A model generated the notes under the pieces. It searched no databases, was not told the origin of the DNA, and worked only from the letters and a program-made list of their open reading frames with translations. Below, piece after piece: positions 47,901-59,762 of a DNA stretch of 64,000 bases (within the stretch, counting starts at the first letter, position 1; each line of letters opens with the position of its first letter). The DNA comes from Octopus bimaculoides (Eukaryota). The position numbers and the translations under genes were made by a program. The stretch is taken from contig NC_068982.1 of assembly GCF_001194135.2 (NCBI RefSeq), forward strand, positions 36,089,566 to 36,153,565, written 5' to 3'.

Positions 47901-50900
47901 AAAAACAAACATTGTTAGTCAGTGATTAATTTTGATTTTTCCTTGTCATAAAATTATTTCTTGTTAGCTTTTAATTTTCTATTACGTTTTGTATTGACGA
48001 CATCTCTTCAATTACTTAATATGTATATTTTATTGACATAACTTAATTGTTTATTAACTTATATCTAGAATCTTAATATGTTCACCTATACCAGTGATTC
48101 ACATAACCCTTGGGGTTCCATGTAAGAATTTGTTGATAAAATTTATGTGAAATAAATTGGTTATACTTCTACAATACAATATTTCAACCATTTTTTAAAT
48201 ACAATCCCTAATAATATTTCATTATAAACATATAATAGGATTTTTTAAACATCGAGTGGCTGTTGGGGTCCCCCCCCCCAAGTAAAATAGGAATCAATGG
48301 ATCTATAAGAAAAAAATGGTTGAGAACTACTTATCTATGACAACTTCTAATTAGTATTTTCTTTATTTAAAATTTCAGTTTCAATCAGAATTTAGGAAGA
48401 TATTAATTACTTTGATTGAAGCATCTCAGAAAATTCTGTGCCTAAAGCCAGACGCATCAAAAATTTTTAGACATGCTGAAGGTAAGTAATTTTTAGTTCT
48501 TTTTATACAGATCTTGAAAGTTACACAGTATATATGAGGCTAAACTATTGATATATTAATGATTATATAACCATAAATTTGAGCTTTGCTGTAGTCATTG
48601 TGTTATATCTTTTTGGCAAGACATTATTGACATTTTCAGTTTGTGGCTAAGGGTTTTATATTACTAAGAATTTCAACTGTAAAAGCAAAAGCTGCAGCAA
48701 TAATATGCTAAGTCATTGTCATAATCATCATTTATTATTTTAACATCTATTTTCCCATTATGATATGTGTTGAACAGATTGACAAGTTGAGATATTACTT
48801 CACCTCATGATCCTATCATTTTGAGCCCCACCTCATTATGTATTTTCATTCTTTGATCTTCCCCTATCAACATACAACCCACCCCCCAGTAAATGTCTTT
48901 CAATCTTGTTGCATGTCTGTTCTAATGCTGATGCCTATGAAACCTCACCATTTTTTCAGTATAGCAGTCCTCTGCATTACATGCAAGTAAAGTTGTATAT
49001 CCAATGGCTCATACTTTCATCTACTTATAAGAAAAAATGAATGTGATGAAAGTTTTTTTGTTAGTATTTTTAATTAGTTATGAAATTCAACTTTAAGCCA
49101 GTATAAACCTAGAAATGAACTTAAAGTGACATTTGAAACTATTTCTATTACCTTTTAACTGATTGAAACTGTAAAGATGTTTATTACTTTTCCTTTTAGA
49201 AATCAGTAACCAATATCTACCTTGTGCCTCAAAAATGGATGAAACCACTGTAAAGAAGCTAACTGACATGGGATTCCCAGAAGACAGAGCACGTAAGGCT
49301 CTAGCCCTTAACAAGTAAGACTTTTTGTACAATTCATTTCTGAAATGCTTAAGTTGGTTTTTAGTATTTTTATATATTGCTACTCTATTTTGTGTGGAAA
49401 TTTGTATCACTTTGTTTGAATGAATGTTTGTTCTGGTTTAAAGAATGCTTGTTTGCCCAATCCTTTCATTCAGTGTGACTGTATTATTTAGTTGATATGT
49501 TAATTCTCCTTTCTACAACATTCAAAATCTTTTATGAAGTTGTGTCCTTAACTAAGAAGTGAAGTCCTACATTCCCAGTGTATTGGCTATATCTTATTTG
49601 ATCATTATTGATATTTTTTGCCTGTAGACTTTGCTTCAGCCATTAGTGTTTTAAAAAACAGCTTATGATAATGTTTCATATGCAGTAATAATGTTTAGAA
49701 CAATCATTGAAGCTATTTTATATTATTTGTATTCACTTGTGAATATTGAGCTACATTACATGCTTAATTTTAAGTGATGCAAATAAAGAGATTATAAAAA
49801 TGTAATATTTAAAATGCAAACATATACTTACCATTCAGTCCTGGATAAATCAACAATAAATTTAGTATTTTAATTTCTTCATGTTAAAATTATAACTTTT
49901 GTTTCCAAAATCTTTGTAGAATTCTGTGTATTATTCCTATGTATTTTTTCAAAATATTCAAATTCTGAAATTTTTTTTCCTTATTTGATCATTTTAGAAT
50001 GCTGTCCTCTAATTTTTGAGTTAGCTCTACTTCTAAACATTTCTTGCATGTTCTTTATAGGATGAACTTCCTTCTAGCTATGGAGTGGCTTCTTACACAT
50101 AACTCTAATTCTGATACGGATACTCCTCTAAGTAATGAAGAAGACGAAGAAAATGAAGAAACTGAAAAACAGCAATTAGTAAGAACCAGATGTACATAGT
50201 ATTGTAATTAATGTATTACATTGCCAAGCTGCATTTAGTTGGGGATTTCCACTTCCTAAAACATATTAGCTCTTTAGACTCAGGTATAGAACACAACAGT
50301 ATGTTTTAGTTATTTGAAATGTATACATTGTTAAATAACAATCTATTGTCATTGTTGCCTGTTAGAAATATTTAAAGATGTATGGATGAGATGGTTTATT
50401 TGTTGAAACATTTGATTTATTTTGCCATGTGCCCTTCCTGTTGCTAGCCACTCAGCCATGAATTAGTGTGGCATCTATTTTTTGCCACCCAGACAAAACT
50501 CTAACAAGCAGTACTATGTCTCTTGTTAAGGGGCACAAAATCTATGGCTGTAACATGATTTCACTTGATAACCATGAGGTTATTAGCTAAGCATTCCTTT
50601 TACAGCCATTTCACAACATTGTTCTCATCATCACCATTAGCAAGAAAGTCTCACTGTTTACAATTTAAAATTTGATATCTTAAAATTTTTTTTTCTTCAA
50701 CAATAATATTGAATAAATGAATGTTAGTAGAAAATTGCATTCTTTGTTTTCTTACATAGGAAGGGGCCACTGCTGCTACCCCCAACCAATCAGCAAAAGC
50801 AAATAGTCTAATAAATTCTTTGAAACGGTTCAAAAAGAGAGAATTCCGTCCAAATCCGAGGGTGAGTTACCAATATGTTTCATTATCTAGGGTAGTTGTC

Positions 50901-53311
50901 TTAATGTTCTTAATAAAGCATAACGCTTTAGGCAAATAGAGTTAGCTAAATCACTCATATCACCCAAGTGAGAGAGTCATGGTGCAATGTTGAAGCTAAA
51001 TACATAGGATTTTTGTCCTGAAGCTAGTATTTAAATACTTCATTTATTAAAATATTCATTCATTAAATTTTGAGCTTTGCTTTCACTAAATGTTCTATTG
51101 TCATTATTGAAATTAAAATATCATACTTCAAATAATTTTAGAAAGCAGTTTGATTAAAAATACATGTCAGTTTTTCTAGAGTTCTAAAATAGGAGTTTTA
51201 GTATCCCAAAGTTTGAATTATTAAAAGCAGGTTTCAAAGCTATATTGTTTTCAGTTATCATTTCTGAACTAGTTATATGATAATCCTTCTGACAGAACTT
51301 ATACTCTTTTATCTAATGAAGCTAATTTTAAAAGATGTTTAGGATACTCTTTTCTTTGTTGCATAGTAAATAAGTTAGTGATACTGGCATTGACTGAATG
51401 TACATTTCTTATTGATGGAGAAAAAGGTTGAGATTACTTTTATTTTAAAATTGCTTTTTTTTTTCATTTTTCATTAATTAATTCACACATTCATTTGTAT
51501 GTTAGCTCAGTTTCACATGCTAAACTTCCTATTTTAACACCCACTTTGTCATTTTCTCTCTCTTCTTACATCCTTTACTACAAAGTAAGATGGGCTTGGA
51601 AGATCACTCATTCATTCACCCACTAAATATAGTTAAGAATGAAGGTTTTATATTCTATTTTGACAGGCTCTGCTCACATTAATGGAAATGGGTTTTGAAG
51701 AATCTGAGGCTATCAGTGCTCTCCGTGTGGCTGGTAATAATCAAGATACAGCTGTAAGTTTATATTTGATTTTAAAATATGTAATGTTTATGGATAATAT
51801 AAAAACAAGAGTGAGCTGAAGATAACTTAGAGCAAAGTTATTGTAATGAGCAGACTTTTGTTATAGATTACATATGTACCATTCACAAAACTCCACTCTC
51901 TGGTTTGGTTCATCTTTGAGATTATGGTCTATTCCTGGAATGTAACTTTTCCAATGAGAGTGCTTTAAATGTAATGGGTGCTTGATTTTGAAATTTGTAT
52001 CTGACAGCTTACTTGCTGCACAGATTTTCTTGAACTCTGACGAAATACGTTTCCAGTACCCTTTTTTGCTTTCTGGGACTTTTCTTGCAGTCATCCAGAA
52101 CATTTCTTGTGATGGTAAGTCACATAGGAGGATCAGTTTGAAACTCATTTCTAAATTGTTTTTGCACTTCAGCTGCATTTTCAAACTTCCAGTAGCACTT
52201 TAGGACAAATTTCCTTTGTTCAAAGGTTTAGTCCAGGTCTCTTCATTATTTCTATATCAAAGAAAAGAAAATTGAGTTTTTAGCTTTTAAAGTGTGTATA
52301 CATTTTTTGGGACACACACATATAAACACACACGTGTGTGTGTGTAATTAGATACATCAAATATATTAAATATATTAGTTTGGGTATGAAATACAAAATA
52401 TGTGTGGTAAGTAGCTTGCTTACCAACCACATGGTTCTGGGTTCAGTCCCACTGCTTGGCACCTTGGGCAAGTGTCTTCTACTATAACCTCGGGCCGACC
52501 AAAGCCTTGTGAGTGGATTTGGTAGACGGAAACTGAAAGAAGCCTGTCGTATATATGTATATATATGTATGTGTGTGTATATGTTTGTCCCCCCCAACTT
52601 TACTTGACAACCGATGCTGGTGTGTTTACGTCCCCGTAACTTAGCGGTTCGGCAAAAGAGACCGATAGAATAAGTACTAGGCTTACAAAGAATAAGTCCT
52701 GGGGTCGATTTGCTCGACTAAAGGCGGTGCTCCAGCATGGCTGCAGTCAAATGACTGAAACAAGTAAAAGAGTAAAAGAGTATGTATACATGTAAAACGA
52801 GAAAGGTGGAATCTTTCAGATGATGAATTTTTAAGTATAAATAATATAAATATTTATATTAATAAGTCCAACTGACACAGAGTACAAATGACAGGTGGAA
52901 TAATTAAATATGGAGAGTTAGCTGTATTATTGGATTTTTGGTCATAGTAGAGAGCTTTTCACCTCATTTGAGTGATGAAGTCGTTTGTTTTCTGTAGTAA
53001 GAGATCAATGTAGAGATCCCTCAGTGGGATTGGAATATTCTTTATAGATGTACCCAAGAGTTGCTTATCAATGAGTGTTATCTATATGTAGTGCTCAGCC
53101 AACTAATAGGTGTATAGTTCACAGATGAGAACTAGAGATTCTTTGTGTAGAAGACACTTAGTAGCTCAAAAGATTCAAACTTAGACTCTGATGTCTTTAC
53201 AAGGGATCATTCCACAAGGTAAAGAAAGGCTATAAGAGGGACCAAGTTGAGTGGGTATGTAGGCAATTATACAGATAAACAAATTAGATGCATCGAATAT
53301 TTATTTACTAC

Positions 53312-53380
<69 letters not shown>

Positions 53381-56300
53381 TTCAAAATGATACAAAAGAC
53401 TGAGATAGGTAAGGGAACAACAAACAGGGTGTATTAGTTTGATGCTTAGGAAAAATGGAAAAAAGTCTTTGACATTTTGAGCATACATTCTTCTGCAGAA
53501 AGGAATGAGGAGAGGTAAAAAGGTGTCTGGATTAATGGTTGCACATGTTGAATTGACCTTATATACATTCCTACATTCAATGTCTTGGGTACTCTTGTTT
53601 GAAAAACTACTTACTAATAAATATATAAACAAATGGATATGTAAAGATTATATGTCAGATTCCATGCAAATATTAACCAGTTTGAAAATTTTCATATGTT
53701 GTTGGGGTAGATATTTACATGGATTGATGTCTTTGCAAATTTATCTAATTAGATAAAGTAAATGACAATAGAATAGTGTTTTTCTTTCAGAAATAACTAT
53801 ATTATAGTAGTCCTCTACCTTAAGTAATCAATCTTACTAATTACTAAATTATCTAAATTTTCGAACTCATCTAATATATATCAGCATAAAAAAACTACCA
53901 AACTTTAAATTATATTGTTTTATTACTGTTATTCAGCTGAAGGTGTTAACTCAAGTATATATATTGGTAAAGAGCTGAGTTAATGTTTAGTTGGTCTACT
54001 GTATGTAAGTTATAAAAATATGCCTGGGTGATACTGAGAGATGTTGTGATGACAGTCATGAAGGATTTAAAAATTAAAAAAACATTTTTTCCCTGTATTT
54101 CTTTAGTGTGAATGGTTGCTAGGTGATCGCAAGACTGTCCCAAGTGATGTTGATGAAGGACTTGATGTCAATGGTCCAATCTATAAAGCCATTATGTCAA
54201 ATCCAATAATTCAAGTGGGACTGAATAATCCAAGATGTTTATTAGGTAAGTCTTTTGTTAATAAGTTATTTTATGTGCTTATTATCATATTTGATGGCAA
54301 ATGAGGCACTTAAAAAAATGTCTGAAAAAGTAATCATCCCTGAGTCCTATATGTAAAGTTAAGCCTCCCACAAACTTTAAAACATTAAAAACATTTTTTA
54401 TCCTGAATATGTGCTATTAAAACTGGGGTGCATCTAATATGCCAATGCATCTTTTATGCTATCGAATACAATTACTACAACTTATTTTTTTCTTATTTCA
54501 TGATACCATATTCAGAATGCCTAAGTCTGTGTGGCTGCTCAACTACCTTGAATTAGCATCCACATCTCCTTTAGATTATATCTACCCTGTTAATAAGAAG
54601 ACATTTTGGATAATGTTGTCTTAAATAAGACTGTGTCTAAAACTATCCCTGGATGATCATGGCTGGAATATATATATTCATTAGAGGTCTATTTATGAAC
54701 AACAATTATGTTTTTGTGACCCACAAAAAAAAGTAATCAAGTTAATTTTGTACTATCTGCACAACTATATCTTTCTTCACTGAATATATACTGGTCCTAA
54801 AAATGGATTTTTCAAATACCTTTTGGTTTTATGCTGCATAAAATTATAGTTTTAATCCAACATATTTATTTATCCATTATTATTTATTTACAATGTTTGT
54901 TTATTTTTTTCATTAATTTTCAAATGTTACAGTCATGTTTATTTGTCAATAAAGTTTACAAAATTGAGTAAGTTTGTGTTGATTAAAGAAGAGAAGTGAA
55001 CAACATGAGAATGTTCAATGGTCAAGACAAAAACATGTGAGCACATACTCTCCAGAACAAAGATAGAGTTTTAAATGGCAACATGGCTTCTAGAAACAAA
55101 AAGTAAATGGTGAGGAGAGGTGGGTAGAGAGAGAGAAAATTTGTTGATGCTAGTGTAAGAAACATTTTCTTTGTTTGCCTGTATGAGAAATGATCCCTGA
55201 TATAAGGGAATATTACGTAATGAGAGGTGGTTCTGTAGAGCAGCTTGATAAATAGAAATGCAGGCCACAGGTTTGGCAATTCCTTGACTGTTGTTGTAGA
55301 TACTAAGAGGATGTTCAAGAATGTCCTTTATATACAGCAAATGAAGTTGGTGTAGGTGCAGTCAAAGTGGTTGGTAATGTATAACTTACTATTCTGTATC
55401 TTTGTTTTTTTCACTTTTAGCCAACTAATTTGCATAAGTACAGGTGTAACTGTGTAACTGAAAAGCTTGCTTCTGAATCATATGGTTCTGGGTTCAGTTC
55501 CATTTCATGGTACTACAGCCATAGGACAACCAAGGCCTTGTGAGTGGATTTGGTTGATGGAAACTGAATGAAGCTCAAATGTATGTATGTATGTATGAGC
55601 AAGAGTGTTAGTGTTGCCTTGTCTTGACATTATATGACAGAAGTAAATGAGCGTTACTGTCATACAAGCAATGTCAATTCATTTCCAGACATGGCTAGCC
55701 AAGGGGAAAATATAACTTTACTTGGAAACAGGTGAGGGTTGGTGACAGGAAGGGCATCTACCTCAACAAATTCTGACCAACTCAAGCAAACATGAAAAAG
55801 TGGCTGTTAAAAAGATAATGTGTTTTGTTGTGCTTGTATAGGTAAACATCTTTTTAATTCCTCCCATTTATTTTTGCTTTATTACTCTAACCTGTGACTT
55901 GGTCAGCTCCCCTTACTCTTTTCTTAAACTCTTCTTGCAGCCATCTCATTCCTTCAGCAAAAGCCTCTTCCTGAAATTTTAGAATTCAGCTCTTTTCATA
56001 ACACATGAATTTATTTTATTTTTAAAACTGTATTCGCTGATTTTCGCCAACACAGCTCATCGCTAATTTCTTTTGATTTTAAGGAAATGGGTGGGGAGAA
56101 TCTGTATTTTGCATGTATAGCATTTAGTTGAAAAGGGAAGTTGTTGCCTTTTTATGAGAAATGAAATATTGCTATTGTTTTTTCTATTCTTAATTTCAGA
56201 TTTTATTAGATCTATTAATTATTGTTGTTATTTATTTTGTTACAGCATTCATTTTGATGCTAGAGAGTCCTTTGACAGCAAATCAATGGTTGAGTGATGC

Positions 56301-56415
56301 TGAAACAGGTCCTGTCTTGCTACAAGTTTCTCGAATTTATCATGCTGAAAAGAACTCCAACAAAGCTTTGGCATCTCAGAACAGTCTAGGTCTTGGAGGT
56401 AGCACCAGTAGATGA
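40708..56415 (+). CDS. UBAC1: Ubiquitin-associated domain-containing protein 1 (KPC2), 10 coding exons, 419 aa
   Basis: Exons: 40708-40963, 44063-44121, 46806-46916, 48379-48481, 49200-49314, 50061-50178, 50760-50861, 51667-51753, 54107-54245, 56246-56415 (1260 nt, GT-AG, in phase). Recognised segments: N-terminal MFVSD.. UBL domain; [20 protein letters not shown]; UBA1 [24 protein letters not shown]; KREFRPNPR; UBA2 [20 protein letters not shown]; STI1-like [24 protein letters not shown]. Confidence 0.95.
41707..42118 (+). mobile_element. Possible degenerate non-autonomous Helitron
   Basis: Starts TCTATATATATATAGCTGAAA (Helitron-like 5' end) and ends in gggtatcttccactact, a degenerate version of gggtatttctgctagt. 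Confidence 0.3.
43222..43560 (-). mobile_element. tRNA-derived SINE, second family
   Basis: Reverse complement of the 19370 family. Another minus copy at 46152-46547. Confidence 0.8.
43616..43759. mobile_element. 144 bp GC-rich hAT-like MITE
   Basis: TIRs CACTAGCGTAGCTAG / CTAGCTACAGTAGTG; 8 bp TSD TATATAAC / TGTATAAC (7/8). Confidence 0.75.
47130..47345 (+). mobile_element. Short RTE-tail retroposon copy
   Basis: Two head units ggtgccacataaa / ggtgctgtgtaaaagc, then the conserved tail and (GAT)n. Confidence 0.75.
48092..48332. mobile_element. Degenerate hAT (Charlie-like) MITE
   Basis: Ends CAGTGATTCACA.. / ..GGTTGAGAACTACTT approximate CAGTGGTTCTCAACC. TSD-like flanks match 5/8. Confidence 0.5.
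51849..52318 (-). mobile_element. Tc1/mariner transposase relic with one TIR
   Basis: Minus ORF ends ..[17 protein letters not shown], like QxLxxxDxxRRxEFCEW. TIR-like gtgtcccaaaaaatgtatacacactttaaa at about 52285-52315. Confidence 0.6.
52401..52781 (+). mobile_element. tRNA-derived SINE, second family (young)
   Basis: Near-identical to 19380-19750. Confidence 0.88.
55435..55815 (+). mobile_element. SINE with second-family head and RTE-type tail
   Basis: Head ..ggttctgggttcagttcc..ccttgtgagtggatttgg..ggaaactga, followed by ..ttggaaacaggtgagggttggtgacaggaagggcatc..gttaaa. Confidence 0.65.
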
Positions 56416-58959
56416 TGGTAACTTACATTAGCAGCCATTATAGCTTCAATTTTCTCCAGTCCTCTCATGGAACAGTCTAGGTCTTCAAGTAGATAGTGAC
56501 AACTTCTGGCTTAGCAACAATTATAGTTTGAATTCCCTTCTATTACTTTATTACAATCCTTCTTTTTTATTTTTTTACTTAGCTTCCTTCTCTGTAAGTC
56601 CACTTTGTTTTTCTTTCACATCATTACACAATTTTTTTTATTGCATTTCCACCATTTTGTGACTATTCTGTTTTCTAATGATTTATCAGTGAACTTTCTC
56701 AATAGCATTAAGTTACAGTGTACATATTTAATGCAAGGAGCATTCAAAAGCTAAATAGAAATAATTGTATCGAATAATTATGAAGAAAAAAAAACGATAT
56801 TAGTTAATGACTAGTGTTATTTAGATGTTTTTTGCAAGTACAGGAAATAACTCCGGACATGCTCTTACGATCTCATCAGCAAAGTGTAGCCTTCACTGTA
56901 CTTAACAAAATAGTGATGAAAGAATCACCATAATTTTTTTCTCAAATAGTCCCAATTGATTAACGAATTGTATGCAAAGCCCTGACATCACTTTTCTTCT
57001 TGAAGCTCTCCTATTTAATGTTATTTTGCTTCAGTTTTGTTAAGGAGAGTGTTTTGAAGTAAGTGTAATAGACACTGTCCTATGTCACATTTGTCTATAA
57101 TTTTCAATTCAGACTTTGCGTCTGTATACTTTTATTATCCAAGACTTATGAAGTCCTGGAAACAATAAAGAAGGGCTTTCATCTTCAGTCCTTATAACTT
57201 GCTAGAAAAAATATTTTCATTTCCTTTTTTGAAATTCTTTAATGCATAGTTTCTCTTGAACTAAATTTCTACATAAGGATGCAGTGAAGCAACTTTATGC
57301 ATTTTACAGCTAAATGGAAAGTTAACTGTTTGGTCTCAAATGAAAATAAGAAATAAAATATATATTCATATGACACTTAATGAAGAGAAGAAAATGGTTA
57401 AATATGATTTAAGGATTGGTGAACAAATGACTTTTGGGTGTGTTTTGATGAACAAGGTTTCCAATTGTTCAATCAATAGAACTACTTTGTGTATTATTGT
57501 GTAAGTGGCCGAATATACCTCAGTCACTTATACCCTGAGTGTGTTCTTCAGGTAGACTCTGCATAACATTGTGTGACAAAGCTGAGTCTTTGAAAGTCCA
57601 TTTGACAGGTTCCCATGCAGTTTCTGTCAATCCAGTATCACTGTCAAGGCTTGGGTTGTCCCGAAATTATAGTAGTTGACATTTGCCTGCAGTTAAAGAA
57701 TCCAGAACCTCAGGAGTGAGAGGCAAAATTATTAACTACTCAGCAATGTTTCTACATTAGTAATAGTTTGTTGTTATATACTGGAAATAGTTTAATAATC
57801 AATGAGTTGATTCTAGATATTTATTTGCTTATGTTGGCAAATCTACTTAGTGATTGTTTAGTTAAGCTGTTGATTTCCTTTTGAATAACTGTACAAATTT
57901 ACAGAAAATTGTGTTCCTCTTCTAGTAGTATTTGTATTGTTCCCTAATATGGAATTTTTGAAAAAATTGAAGCAACCTTGCAGATCATCTTGGTAGCCAA
58001 TTATATTTTAAAAATACTTTATTTTATTTTATTTTACTTTTGGTTTTCCTAACTAGTTAGTTACTTGGTTTTAATTGTTTGTGGAAAGTTGTCTGTTTTG
58101 TTATTTTTTATTGCTTTGGGCAAGATGGTTATAAAGTTAACATTGTAATTAATTAAAGCAGTAATTTTATTGGAAGGTGCTTAATGTTTGAAAGGGCAAA
58201 ATGGAAATTAATTTATTGCCAAATAATAAGCTGTGAATTTTATGGAAATGAAAAAAAGTTTTATTGAAATACATCAATGTTGTAAATGACTGGAATAATA
58301 GCGTTGGTTAAAATGTGTTAGCATATTTAGTTTTGCTACTCTGTTCTGTGTTTATATCTTGCTTTTGGCTGAATTTAGCATTTGTCCCTTGAAGGCTGCT
58401 GAAATAAATATTGATAATATACTGGGGTTAATTCTTAATTATATTATCTCTCAAAAATTAGTCTTTGTGGCTGGTAAAAAGGAAAAAAGATTAAAACTAC
58501 ATATCTAATGGAAACTAATATCATCAAAAAAGTTAACTTTGAGGATCTTGTAAAAAATGAAAATTGTGAATTGCTCCTGTCTTGCTAGTTTGAGATTTTA
58601 TTGTAAAAATATTCAAACAAGCTTCTTTATTAATTGCAAAGTCTTTCAATTAAGTTAAAGCAATCAGAAGTAACTAATGTGGAATATAACTCTGTATAAG
58701 AAAGAAACTAACATACTTATTATTATTCTCTTTGAATTTTGGAAAATCATTAAAAGCCTATAAACTTTTATGCACATTTTTGAGTCTTGCTACAATACCC
58801 ACTGATATATATATGTGTGTGTGTATGCATGCACACACACAAAGCAGATTCAAAAAATTGAAAAACGCCAGCAGTATATTTTATTTGGTTAAGAAATTAT
58901 AAATTTCTTATGGCTTTAGACTGGAGGGGCCATGCCAATGGTTTTTGCAGGCTTTCTGG

Positions 58960-59160
58960 GATAGGGAAATCAATATAGTTTACATTCATCTTGAACTGTT
59001 GTAAGTTGACATCTGCAGGAGAAATATGGGTGGGGAAGGAATTTTGAAAGATAAATATTCTTGGGAGGAAAGATTGGGCTAAGGGGTTAAGACATAGTAA
59101 AGGTGATATAAATGGGAGAGATAGCTGTATCAGTTGAGCCAGGGCAGAAGTAGTATGCAA
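58960..59160 (-). mobile_element. CR1/L2-type LINE 3' relic
   Basis: Minus translation QSFLPR..FQNSFPTHISPADVNLQQFKMNVN resembles the CR1 ORF2 end SFFPRTxxLWNSLP..FP..YNLQxFK..VN. Confidence 0.6.
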
Positions 59161-59545
59161 CTAGCTAGTTCAAAACATAACAAATGTATGTCAATGCATC
59201 GGTATTTATGTTAGCACACACATGCTCATAAGTGTTCTTTTGTGTACATAACTATACAGAAATGTATGCATGTGTGAATGTGTGTGAATGCAAATTATGT
59301 AACTTTTAGGTCAACCAAGTATTAAACAATCAATAAGAAGATTGTTGATAATATCTGAAAGGCATGTCTGATTTGTGATGTTGATAGAGATACATTATCA
59401 CTTTCATTTTCCTTTTTGATTTCAACGTTATTGTCTTTTTATTATTTTAATTTTTCATTGCAAGATCTTTGCTGTTTTAAGTTTTGCATGCATGCATTAG
59501 TATCCTCATCCTTGTTAGTTCCATTGTTGAACATCAGTACCTTAT

Positions 59546-59762
59546 CCCTTTAGCATTTAAACCAGCCATATCCAGCCTAAATATTCTTGTTTTATGTTTG
59601 AACCAACCAGATCTGGATCCTCATACTTATCCAACTATGTCATTCTAAAAATATGTTATCATATCATCGAAATCCAAAAGCAACAAGCTAATGCATGATT
59701 AATTCAAAACAGTGTTAATAAATAAGCATTATATTTAACAGAATAATCTAAATGCTAGAGGG
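59546..59762. mobile_element. piggyBac-like MITE
   Basis: TTAT|CCCTTTAGCA...TGCTAGAGGG|TTAA. Reverse orientation relative to the 12347 copy. Confidence 0.7.

Noticed and set aside
52800-53720. Possible Penelope GIY-YIG/pLTR relic
   Set aside because: Similarity is too decayed to support boundaries or a call by eye.
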